64,000 nucleotides of DNA from Squalus acanthias (Eukaryota), in assembly GCA_030390025.1 (NCBI GenBank), contig JASTWF010000358.1, positions 1 through 64,000 of the forward strand. The letters run 5' to 3'. Under the pieces are notes generated by a model, which worked only from the letters and a program-made list of their open reading frames with translations, was not told the DNA's origin and ran no database searches. Shown here one piece after another: positions 12,115 through 24,300 of this stretch (position 1 is the stretch's first letter; each line of letters starts with the position of its first letter). Made by a program: the position numbers and the translations under genes.

Positions 12115-13290
12115 AAGTGTGTTTTGGGGCTGTTTGAAATGCCTCCAATCACAGCACCCGCGCGAAGCAATGCTTGCTCCTGATCTGACTCTCCACACCC
12201 CTGTTTACTCGACAGTCGGCAGCGCATCATTCGGTACAGCGATAAAAAATGCACTGCCTTGCCTTCTGTGAAATGCCTCATGTTAGCAGGAAATGACATT
12301 TGGAACGAAACAATTTAAATGTTTACATGCCTATATTTAACTGCAGCTCACATTTTCAGAAAAGACACGCTTATCGTTCGCCTTCTATTTAAGTTCTTGA
12401 ACTGCATCCTTAGCTTATCACAGCACGGCTATCAATCAATTCATTGCCAGTGTGAAAAATACAACATTTGAAACTTAGCAACGTGTGCAAAACTGGAAAG
12501 AAAGAGGGCAGTGATAACTTATCCTGAGCATTTAGAGATTCGTTAGGCCTGAGCCTTTGCTGTGTAAGAAATGTCTCCTCATCTTCCCCTCTGGTTCTTT
12601 TGCCGGTTATCTTCAATCAGTGTCCTCTGGTTATCGAACGTCCGACAACTGGAAATGGTTTCTCCTTATTTACTCTATTTGAAAACGTCTGTTAAATTTC
12701 CTCTTAAACTTCTGAGGAAAGCAATCCCAGCTTCGCCAGCCTCTCAACATAACTGATGTCCCTCATCCCTGATGGCCACTCTGTGAGACGTCAAACCGAG
12801 TATCTCGCTCTGTGTCTCTGTCTCCCTCTTTGTCCTTGACTCTCTCTCTCTGTTTAAGATTCTGAGGGGGATCGACAATTGTTGATGCAGAGAGGATGTT
12901 TCCCCTGGTGGGGAAATGTAGAACTAGGGGGCACGGTTTCAGAATAAGGGGTCGCCCATTGAAAACGGAGATGAGGAGGAATTTCTTCTCTCAGAATGTC
13001 GTGAATCTTTGGAATTATCTACCCCAGAGAGCGATGGGGGTGGCGACATTGAATATGTACATTTGAGCTACAGGGGAGACAAGGGTTAAGGGGAGCGAGC
13101 GGGAAAGTGGCATTGTAGTGCGGCCAAGATCTGCTCAGCCATGATGTTATTGAATGGCGGAGCAGGGTCGAGGGGCAGAATTGCTTACCCCTGCTCCTAT
13201 TTCTTCTGTTTTTCTTCTGTCTTTCTCTTGCCTCTTTCTCACTCTGTTCACAGGTCGATTCTTGCTCCAACAGGCTCCCCAACTGCCAGC

Positions 13291-13362
13291 TCCTCGTTAG
13301 TATAGTGGTGAGTATCCCCGCCTGTCACGCGGGAGACCGGGGTTCAATTCCCCGACGGGGAG
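13291..13362 (+). tRNA. tRNA-Asp(GTC) copy 8
   Basis: Canonical 72 nt. Confidence 0.97.
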
Positions 13363-13945
13363 TCTTTTTTCAAATCCCCAATTTTAATCCTATGGGCAGC
13401 TCTTTGAAATGCTCGTTGGAAAAGATGAACAGAAAAAAAGCAACGAAAATAATATACCGGCATGCAAAGAACTGTATAACAACTTCCTGCACCAGTTCCT
13501 CGTTAGTATCGTGCTTTCCCTCTCGCGTTTGTGTGGGGCACGGAGGAGTGAGAGTGACAGAGCAAATGAGATTAACAGGGATTCACAGAAACAGCGGGAG
13601 TGTGGGACATTACACGCAAAAACAGAGCACACACAAGTGTGTGTATGTTGAAGTATTTGTCTCAAGCAATGCATAACCATTTCCTCTGCAATGTCCCTGA
13701 TATTATCGTGGTGAGTAGCCAATTCCCCGACAGCTTCTCTCTGACTGTCTGTCTCTGTGTGTTCCTGAGAAAAGCACAGAAGGAAATAGATTTGAAATGG
13801 ATGCCTGCCCGCACTTGTGCTGTGTTTTCGAGAACATGTCTTCTTATACGAAAAATGTGCGTGGCGTGATAGCGATCTGAATTTCCAAGCAGCAAGGAGG
13901 AAGGACTGCGTTGCTCTGCTTGCTGGCAGTAAGCTTGTTGCAGTT

Positions 13946-14017
13946 TCCCTGGTGGTCTAGTGGTTAGGATTCGGCGCTTTCACCACCGCGGCCCGGGTTC
14001 GCTTCCCGGTCAGGGAG
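13946..14017 (+). pseudogene. tRNA-Glu(TTC) copy 8, probably defective
   Basis: Same two lesions as copy 6. Confidence 0.75.
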
Positions 14018-15192
14018 AAGTGTGTTTTGGGGCTGTTTGAAATGCCTCCAATCACAGCACCCGCGCGAAGCAATGCTTGCTCTTGATCTAACTCTCCACA
14101 CCGCTGTTTACTCGACAGTCGGCAGCGCATCATTCGGTACAGCGATAAAAAATGCACTGCCTTGCCTTCTGTGAAATGCCTCATGTTAGCAGGAAATGAC
14201 ATTTGGAACGAAACAATTTAAATGTTTACATGCCTATATTTAACTGCAGCTCACATTTTCAGAAAAGACACGCTTATCGTTCGCCTTCTATTTAAGTTCT
14301 TGAACTGCATCCTTAGCTTATCACAGCACGGCTATCAATCAATTCATTGCCAGTGTGAAAAATACAACATTTGAAACTTAGCAACGTGTGCAAAACTGGA
14401 AAGAAAGAGGGCAGTGATAACTTATCCTGAGCATTTAGAGATTCGTTAGGCCTGAGCCTTTGCTGTGTAAGAAATGTCTCCTCATCTTCCCCTCTGGTTC
14501 TTTTGCCGGTTATCTTCAATCAGTGTCCTCTGGTTATCGAACGTCCGACAACTGGAAATGGTTTCTCCTTATTTACTCTATTTGAAAACGTCTGTTAAAT
14601 TTCCTCTTAAACTTCTGAGGAAAGCAATCCCAGCTTCGCCAGCCTCTCAACATAACTGATGTCCCTCATCCCTGATGGCCACTCTGTGAGACGTCAAACC
14701 GAGCATCTCGCTCTGTGTCTCTGTCTCCCTCTTTGTCCCTGACTCTATCTCTCTGTTTAAGATTCTGAGGGGGATCGACAATTGTTGATGCAGAGAGGAT
14801 GTTTCCCCTGGTGGGGAAATGTAGAACTAGGGGGCACGGTTTCAGAATAAGGGGTCGCCCATTGAAAACGGAGATGGGGAGGATTTTCTTCTCTCAGAGT
14901 GTCGTGAATCTTTGGAATTATCTACCCCAGAGAGCGATGGGGGTGGCGACATTGAATATATACATTTGAGCTACAGGGGAGACAAGGGTTAAGGGGAGCG
15001 AGCGGGAAAGTGGCATTGTAGTGCGGCCAAGATCTGCTCAGCCATGATGTTATTGAATGGCGGAGCAGGGTCGAGGGCAGAATTGCTTACCCCTGCTCCT
15101 ATTTCTTCTGTTTTTCTTCTATCTTTCTCTTGCCTCTTTCTCACTCTGTTCATAGGTCGATTCTTGCTCCAACAGGCTCCCCAACTGCCAGC

Positions 15193-15264
15193 TCCTCGTT
15201 AGTATAGTGGTGAGTATCCCCGCCTGTCACGCGGGAGACCGGGGTTCAATTCCCCGACGGGGAG
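15193..15264 (+). tRNA. tRNA-Asp(GTC) copy 9
   Basis: Canonical 72 nt. Confidence 0.97.
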
Positions 15265-15847
15265 TCTTTTTTCAAATCCCCAATTTTAATCCTATGGGCA
15301 GCTCTTTGAAATGCTCGTTGGAAAAGATGAACAGAAAAAAAGCAACGAAAATAATATACCGGCATGCAAAGAACTGTATAACAACTTCCTGCACCAGTTC
15401 CTCGTTAGTATCGTGCTTTCCCTCTCGCGTTTGTGTGGGGCACGGAGGAGCGAGAGTGACAGAGCAAATGAGATTAACAGGGATTCACAGAAACAGCGGG
15501 AGTGTGGGACATTACACGCAAAAACAGAGCACACACAAGTGTGTGTATGTTGAAGTATTTGTCTCAAGCAATGCATAACCATTTCCTCTGCAATGTCCCT
15601 GATATTATTGTGGTGAGTAGCCAATTCCCCGACAGCTTCTCTCTGACTGTCTGTCTCTGTGTGTCCCTGAGAAAAGCACAGAAGGAAATAGATTTGAAAT
15701 GGATGCCTGCCCGCACTTGTGCTGTGTTTTCGAGAACATGTCTTCTTATACGAAAAATGTGCGTGGCGTGATAGCGATCTGAATTTCCAAGCAGCAAGGA
15801 GGAAGGACTGCGTTGCTCTGCTTGCTGGCAGTAAGCTTGTTGCAGTT

Positions 15848-15937
15848 TCCCTGGTGGTCTAGTGGTTAGGATTCGGCGCTTTCACCGCCGCGGCCCGGGT
15901 TCGCTTCCCGGTCAGGGTTCGCTTCCCGGTCAGGGAG
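15848..15937 (+). pseudogene. tRNA-Glu(TTC) copy 9, A58C plus the 18-bp duplication
   Basis: Same lesions as copy 7. Confidence 0.85.
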
Positions 15938-17071
15938 AAGTGTGTTTTGGGGCTGTTTGAAATGCCTCCAATCACAGCACCCGCGCGAAGCAATGCTTGC
16001 TCCTGATCTGACTCTCCACACCCCTGTTTACTCGACAGTCGGCAGCGCATCATTCGGTACAGCGATAAAAAATGCACTGCCTTGCCTTCTGTGAAATGCC
16101 TCATGTTAGCAGGAAATGACATTTGGAACGAAACAATTTAAATGTTTACATGCCTATATTTAACTGCAGCTCACATTTTCAGAAAAGACACGCTTATCGT
16201 TCGCCTTCTATTTAAGTTCTTGAACTGCATCCTTAGCTTATCACAGCACGGCTATCAATCAATTCATTGCCAGTGTGAAAAATACAACATTTGAAACTTA
16301 GCAACGTGTGCAAAACTGGAAAGAAAGAGGGCAGTGATAACTTATCCTGAGCATTTAGAGATTCGTTAGGCCTGAGCCTTTGCTGTGTAAGAAATGTCTC
16401 CTCATCTTCCCCTCTGGTTCTTTTGCCGGTTATCTTCAATCAGTGTCCTCTGGTTATCGAACGTCCGACAACTGGAAATGGTTTCTCCTTATTTACTCTA
16501 TTTGAAAACGTCTGTTAAATTTCCTCTTAAACTTCTGAGGAAAGCAATCCCAGCTTCGCCAGCCTCTCAACATAACTGATGTCCCTCGCTCTGTGTCTCT
16601 GTCTCCCTCTTTGTCCCTGACTCGCTCTCTCTGTTTAAGATTCTGAGGGGGATCGACAATTGTTGATGCAGAGAGGATGTTTCCCCTGGTGGGGAAATGT
16701 AGAACTAGGGGGCACGGTTTCAGAATAAGGGGTCGCCCATTGAAAACGGAGATGGGGAGGATTTTCTTCTCTCAGAGTGTCGTGAATCTTTGGAATTATC
16801 TACCCCAGAGAGCGATGGGGGTGGCGACATTGAATATATACATTTGAGCTACAGGGGAGACAAGGGTTAAGGGGAGCGAGCGGGAAAGTGGCATTGTAGT
16901 GCGGCCAAGATCTGCTCAGCCATGATGTTATTGAATGGCGGAGCAGGGTCGAGGGGCAGAATTGCTTACCCCTGCTCCTATTTCTTCTGTTTTTCTTCTG
17001 TCTTTCTCTTGCCTCTTTCTCACTCTGTTCACAGGTCGATTCTTGCTCCAACAGGCTCCCCAACTGCCAGC

Positions 17072-17143
17072 TCCTCGTTAGTATAGTGGTGAGTATCCCC
17101 GCCTGTCACGCGGGAGACCGGGGTTCAATTCCCCGACGGGGAG
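17072..17143 (+). tRNA. tRNA-Asp(GTC) copy 10
   Basis: Canonical 72 nt. Confidence 0.97.
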
Positions 17144-17726
17144 TCTTTTTTCAAATCCCCAATTTTAATCCTATGGGCAGCTCTTTGAAATGCTCGTTGG
17201 AAAAGATGAACAGAAAAAAAGCAACGAAAATAATATACCGGCATGCAAAGAACTGTATAACAACTTCCTGCACCAGTTCCTCGTTAGTATCGTGCTTTCC
17301 CTCTCGCGTTTGTGTGGGGCACGGAGGAGTGAGAGTGACAGAGCAAATGAGATTAACAGGGATTCACAGAAACAGCGGGAGTGTGGGACATACACGCAAA
17401 AACAGAGCACACACAAGTGTGTGTATGTTGAAGTATTTGTCTCAAGCAATGCATAACCATTTCCTCTGCAATGTCCCTGATATTATCGTGGTGAGTAGTC
17501 AATTCCCCGACAGCTTCTCTCTGACTGTCTGTCTCTGTGTGTCTCTGAGAAAAGCACAGAAGGAAATACATTTCAAATGGATGCCTGCCCGCACTTGGTG
17601 CCGTGTTTTGGAGAACATGTCTTCTTGTACGAAAAATGTGCCTGGCGTGAAAGCGATCTGAATTTCAGAGCAGCAAGGAGGAAGGACTGCATTGCTCTGC
17701 TCGCTGGCAGAAAGCTTGCGGCAGTT

Positions 17727-17798
17727 TCCCTGGTGGTCTAGTGGTTAGGATTCGGCGCTTTCACCGCCGCGGCCCCGGTTCGGTTCCCGGTTAGTGAG
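17727..17798 (+). pseudogene. tRNA-Glu(TTC) copy 10, degenerate
   Basis: 3' half GGCCCCGGTTCGGTTCCCGGTTAGTGAG: T-stem, A58 and acceptor stem are mutated. Confidence 0.85.
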
Positions 17799-18310
17799 AA
17801 GTGTGTTTTGGGGCTGTTTAAAATGCCTCCAATCAAAGCACCTGCGCGAAGCAATGCTCGCTCCTGATCTGACACTGCACACCGCTGCTGCCTCGACTGT
17901 CGGCAGCTCATTATTCTGGAGAGCGATCCAAATTGCACTGCCTTGCCTTCTGTGAAATGCCTCATGTTAACAGGAAATGACATTTGGAACGAAACACTTT
18001 AAATGTTTACATGCCTACATTTAATCACAGTTTCAGAACAGACACGCTTATCGTTCGCCTTCTATTTAAGTTCTTGTACTGCATCCTTAGCTTATCACAG
18101 CACGGCTATCAATCTATTCATTGCCAGTGTGAAAAATGCAACATTTGAAACTTAGCAACGTGTGCAACACTGGAAAAAAAGAGGGCAGTGATAACTTATC
18201 CTGAGCATTAAGATATCCGTTAGGCCTGAGCCTTTTCTGTGTAAGAACATTCTCCTCATCTCCCCTCTGGTTCTTTTGCCGGTTATCTTCAATCGGTGAC
18301 CTGTTCCCGG

Positions 18311-21300
18311 ACTCACTAATTACAAGGAGTGCCTGCTGGGGAGACACCCTCTTTAAAAGGCGTCCCTGATGGTGAGACTCTCTCTTTAAAAGGGGCCTTG
18401 ATAGAAAGACTCTCCCTTTCAAATGGGTCCCCGAGGGTGGGACTCCCTCTTTAAAATGGCGCATTGATAGAAAGTCTCCCACTTTAAAAGGGTCACTGAT
18501 TGTGAGACTCCCTCTTTAAAAGGGATCCCTAATGGGGAGAAGACTCCCTCTTAAAAAGCGGTCCCTGATGCCAAGACTCCCAATTTAAAAGGGGTATCTG
18601 ATGGTGAGATTCCTTGTTTCAAAGGGGTCCCTGATTCTGATACACCCTCTTTAAAAGAGGTCTATGATGGTGAGATTCCCCTTTAAAAGGGGTGCATAAT
18701 GGGGAGACTCTCTCTTTAAAAGGGGTCCCTGATGGTGAGACTCCCTCTTTAAAAGGTTTCCCTGTTGCTGCAACACCCTCTTTAAAAGTGGTAACTGATG
18801 ATGAGACTCCCTTCTTAAAAGGGGTTACTGAGTGTGAAACTCTCTCCTTAAAAGTTGTCCCTGATGTAGATACTCTCTCTTTAAAAGGATTCCCTGATGG
18901 TGAGACTCCATCTTTAAAAGGGATCCCTAAAGGGAGACTGACACTTTAAAACGGGTCCCAGATGGTGCGACGCCCTCTTTAAAAGGGGTCCCTGAGTGTG
19001 AGACTATCTCTTTAAAAGTGATCCCTGAGGGTGAGACTCTCTCTTTAAACGCGGTATCTGATGGTGAGACTTCCTCTTTAAAATGGATCCCTAATGGGGA
19101 GGCCCTCTCTTTAAAAGGGATCACTGATGGGGAGACTCCCTCTGTAAAAGGGGTCCCTTTTGGTGAGACTTCCTCTATAAAAGGGTCCGTAATTGGGTGA
19201 CTCTCTCTTTAAAAGGTCTCCCTGATAGAAAGAAATCTTTGTTCAAAATGATTCCCCTAGGATGAGACTCCCTCTTTAAAAGGGGTCCCTGAGTAAGGCT
19301 CTATCTTTAAAAGTGGACCCTGACGGTGATACTCATTTTAAAAGGGGTGCCTGATGGTGAGACTCCCTCTTTAAAAGGGGTCCCTGTTAGTTAGACTCAC
19401 TAATTACAAGGAGTGCCTGGTGGGGAGACACCCTCTTTAAAAGGCGTCCCTGATGATGAGACTCTCTCTTTAAAAGGGGCCTTGATAGAAAGACTCCCTT
19501 TCAAATGGGTCCCCGAGGGTGGGACTCCCTCTTTAAAATGGCGCATTGATAGAAAGTCTCCCGCTTTAAAAGGGTCACTGATTGTGAGACTCCCTCTTTA
19601 AAAGGGATCCCTAATGGGGAGACTCCCTCTTTAAAAGCGGTCCCTGATGCTAAGATTCCCAATTTAAAAGGGGTCCCTGATGGTGAGATTCCTTGTTTCA
19701 AAGGCGTCCCTGATTCTTATACACCCTCTTTAAAAGAGGTCTATGATGGTGAGATACCCTTTTAAAAGGGGTGCATAATGGGGAGACTCTCTCTTTAAAA
19801 GGGGTCACTGATGGTGAGACTCTCTCTTTCAACGCGGTATCTGATGGTGAGACTCTCTCTTTAAACGCGGTATCTGATGGTGAGACTTCCTCTTTAAAAT
19901 GGATCCCTAATGGGGAGACTCTCTCTTTAAAAGGGATCACTGATGGGGAGACTCCCTCTGTAAAAGGGATCCCTTTTGGTGAGATTTCCTTTTTAATAAA
20001 CGGCCCCTTTTGCTGAGACTCCCTCTTTAAAAGGGGACCCTGACGGTGAGACTTCCTCTTTAAAAGGTTTCCCTGTTGCTGCAACACCCTCTTTAAAAGT
20101 GGTCCCTGATGCAGATACTCTCTCTTTAAAAGGATTCCCTGATGGTGAGACTCCATCTTTAAAAGGGATCCCTAAAGGGAGACTGACACTTTAAAAGGGG
20201 TCCCAGATGGTGCGACGCCCTCTTTAAAAGGTGTCCCTGAGGGTGAGACACTCTCTTTAAACGCGGTATCTGATGGTGAGACTTCCTCTTTAAAATGGAT
20301 CCCTAATGGGGAGACTCTCTCTTTAAAAGGGATCACTGATGGGGAGACTCCCTCTGTAAAAGGGGTCACTTTTGGTGAGATTTCCTTTTTAATAAACGGC
20401 CCCTTTTGCTGAGACTCCCTCTTTAAAAGGGGACCCTGACGGTGAGACTCCCTCTTTAAAAGGTTTCCCTGTTGCTGCAACACCCTCTTTAAAAGTGGTA
20501 TCTGATGATGAGACTCCCTTCTTAAAAGGGGTCACTGAGTGTGAAACTCTCTCCTTAAAAGTGGTCCCTGATGTAGATACTCTCTCTTTAAAAGGATTCC
20601 CTGATGGTGAGACTCCATCTTTAAAAGGGATCCCTAAAGGGAGACTGACACTTTAAAAGGGGTCCCAGATGGTGCGACGCCCTCTTTAAAAGGGGTCCCT
20701 GAGTGTGAGACTATCTCTTTAAAAGTGATCCCTGAGGGTGAGACTCTCTCTTTAAACGCGGTATCTGATGGTGAGACTTCCTCTTTAAAATGGATCCCTA
20801 ATGGGGAGGCCCTCTCTTTAAAAGGGATCACTGATGTGGAGACTCCCTCTGTAAAAGGGGTCCCTTTTGGTGAGACTTCCTCTATAAAAGGGTCCGTAAT
20901 TGGGTGACTCTCTCTTTAAAAGGTGTCCCTGATAGAAAGAACTCTTTGTTCAAAATGATTCCGCTAGGATAAGACTCCCTCTTTAAAAGGGGTCCCTGAG
21001 TAAGGCTCTATCTTTAAAAGTGGACTCTGACGGTGATACTCATTTTAAAAGGGGTGCCTGATGGTGAGACTCCCTCTTTAAAAGGGGTCCCTGTTAGTTA
21101 GACTCACTAATTACAAGGAGTGCCTGCTGGGGAGACACCCTCTTTAAAAGGCGTCCCTGATGGTGAGACTCTCTCTTTAAAAGGGGCCTTGATAGAAAGA
21201 CTCTCCCTTTCAAATGGGTCCCCGAGGGTGGGACTCCCTCTTTAAAATGGCGCATTGATAGAAAGTCTCCCGCTTTAAAAGGGTCACTGATTGTGAGACT

Positions 21301-24300
21301 CCCTTTTTAAAATAGATCCCTAATGGGGAGACTCCCTCTTTAAAAGCGGTCCCTGATGCCAAGTCTCCCAATTTAAAAGGGGTCCCTGATGGTGAGATTC
21401 CTTGTTTCAAAGGGGTCCCTGATTCTGAAACACCCTCTTTAAAAGAGGTCTATCATGGTGAGATACCCCTTTAAAAGGGGTGCATAATGGGGAGACTCTC
21501 TCATTAAAAGGGGTCCCTGATGGTGAGACTCCCTCTTTAAAAGGTGTCCCTGATGATGAGACTCTCTCTTTAAACGCGGTATCTGATGGTGAGACTTCCT
21601 CTTTAAAATGGATCCCTAATGGGGAGACTCTCTCTTTAAAAGGGATCACTGATGGGGAGACTCCCTCTGTAAAAGGGGTCCCTTTTGGTGAGATTTCCTT
21701 TTTAATAAACGGCCCCTTTTGCTGAGACTCCCTCTTTAAAAGGGGACACTGACGGTGAGACTCCCTCTTTAAAATGTTTCCCTGTTGCTGCAACACCCCC
21801 TTTAAAAGTGGTAACTGATGATGAGACTCCCTTCTTAAAAGGGGTCACTGAGTGTGAAATCTCTCCTTAAAAGTGTTCCCTGATGTAGATACTCTCTCTT
21901 TAAAATGATTCCCTGATGGTGAGACTCCATCTTTAAAAGGGATCCCTAAAGGGAGACTGACACTTTAAAAGGGGTCCCAGATGGTGCGACGCCCTCTTTA
22001 ATAGGTGTCCCTGAAGGTTAGTCTCCCTCTTTAAAAGTGATCCCTGAGGGTGAGACTCTCTCTTTAAACGCGGTATCTGATGGTGAGACTTCCTCTTTAA
22101 AATGGATCCCTAATGGGGAGGCCCTCTCTTTAAAAGGGATCACTGATGTGGAGACTCCCTCTGTAAAAGGGGTCCCTTTTGGTGAGATTTCCTCTATAAA
22201 AGGGTCCGTAATTGGGTGACTCTCTCTTTAAAATGTGTCCCTGATAGAAATAACTCTTTGTTCAAAATGATTCCCCTAGGTTGAGACTCCCTCTTTAAAA
22301 GGGGTCCCTGATTAAGGCTCTATCTTTAAAAGTGGACCCTGACGGTGATACTCATTTTAAAAGGGGTGCCTGATGGTGAGACTCCCTCTTTAAAAGGGGT
22401 CCCTGTTAGTTAGACTCACTAATTACAAGGAGTGCCTGCTGGGGAGACACCCTCTTTAAAAGGCGTCCCTGATGGTGAGACTCTCTCTTTAAAAGGGGCC
22501 TTGATAGAAAGACTCTCCCTTTCAAATGGGTCCCCGAGGGTGGCTCTCCCTCTTTAAAATGGCGCCTTGATAGAAAGTCTCCCGCTTTAAAAGTGTCGCT
22601 GATTGTGAGACTCCCTCTTTAAAAGGGATCCCTAATGGGGAGACTCCCTCTTTAAAAGCGGTCCCTGATGCCAAGACTCCCAATTTAAAAGGGGTCCCTG
22701 ATGGTGAGATTCCTTGTTTCAAAGGGGTCCCTGATTCTGATACACCCTCTTTAAAAGAGGTCTATGATGGTGAGATACCCCTTTAAAAGTGGTGCATAAT
22801 GGGGAGACTCTCTCTTTAAAAGGGATCACTGATGGGGAGACTCCCTCTGTAAAAGGGGTCCCTTTTGGTGAGATTTCCTTTTTAATAAACGGCCCCTTTT
22901 GCTGAGACTCCCTCTTTAAAAGGGGACCCTGACTGTGAGACTCCCTCTTTAAACGATTTCCCTGTTGCTGCAACACCCTTTTTAAAAGTGGTAACTGATG
23001 ATGAGACTGCCTTCTTAAAAGGGGTCACTGAGTGTGAAACTCTCTCCTTAAAAGTGGTCCCTGATGTAGATACTCTCTCTTTAAAAGGATTCCCTGATGG
23101 TGAGACTCCATCTTTAAAAGGGATCCCTAAAGGGAGACTGACACTTTAAAAGGGGTCCCAGATGGTGCGACGCCCTCTTTAAAAGGGGTCCCTGAAGGTT
23201 AGTCTCCCTCTTTAAAAGTGATCCCTGAGGGTGAGACTCTCTCTTTAAACGCGGTATCTGATGGTGAGACTTCCTCTTTAAAATGGATCCCTAATGGGGA
23301 GGCCCTCTCTTTAAAAGGGATCACTGATGGGGAGACTCCCTCTGTAAAAGGGGTCCCTTTTGGTGAGATTTCCTTTTTAATAACCGGCCCCTTTTGCTGA
23401 GACTCCCTCTTTAAAAGGGGTGCCTGATGGTGAGACTCCCTCTTTAAAAGCGGTCCCTGTTAGTTAGACTCACTAATTACAAGGAGTGCCTGCTGGGGAG
23501 ACACCCCCTTTAAAAGGCGTCCCTGATGGTGAGACTCTCTCTTTAAAAGGGGCCTTGATAGAAAGACTCTCCCTTTCAAATGGGTCCCCGAGGGAGGGAC
23601 TCCCTCTTTAAAATGGCGCATTGATAGAAAGTCTCCCGCTTTAAAAGGGGCACTGATTGTGAGACTCCCTCTTTAAAAGGGATCCCTAATGGGGAGACTC
23701 CCTCTTTAAAAGCGGTCCCTGATGCCAAGACTCCCAATTTAAAAGGGGTCCCTGATGGTGAGATTCCTTGTTTCAAAGAGGTCCCTGATTCTGAGACACC
23801 CTCTTTAAAAGAGGTCTATGATGGTGAGATACCCCTTTAAAAGGGGTACATAATGGGGAGACTCTCTCTTTAAAAGGGATCACTGATGGGGAGACTCCCT
23901 CTGTAAAAGGGGTTCCTTTTGGTGAGATTTCCTTTTTAATAAACGGCCCCTTTTGCTGCGACTCCCTCTTTAAAAGGGGTGCCTGATGGTGAGACTCCCT
24001 CTTTAAAAGCGGTCCCTGTTAGTTAGACTCGCTAATTACAAGGAGTGCCTGCTGGGGAGACTCTCTCTTTAAAAGGGGCCTTGATAGAAAGACTCTCCCT
24101 TTCAAATGGGTCCCCGAGGGTGGGACTCCCTCTTTAAAATGGCGCATTGATAGAAAGTCTCCCGCTTTAAAAGGGTCACTGATTGTGAGACTACCTCTTT
24201 AAAAGGGATCCCTACTGGGGAGACTCCCTCTTTAAAAGCGGTCCCTGATGCCAAGACTCCCAATTTAAAAGGGGTCCCTGATGGTGAGATTCCTTGTTTC

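Larger units (their letters stand above)
1..18295 (+). repeat. Tandem tRNA-gene array, ~1.9-kb unit (tRNA-Asp-GTC + tRNA-Glu-TTC), about 9.6 units, continuing off the left edge
   Basis: Near-identical blocks recur every ~1880-1920 bp (Asp starts 1890, 3792, 5695, 7588, 9479, 11370, 13291, 15193, 17072). The last unit is diverged and cut off by satellite at ~18300. Confidence 0.98.

Noticed and set aside
86..18482. Recurring 60-190 aa ORFs in the tRNA units (e.g. MVSIPACHAGDRGSIPRRG)
   Set aside because: These are translations of tRNA and spacer DNA. They recur only because the unit is repeated, and indels between units change them freely.
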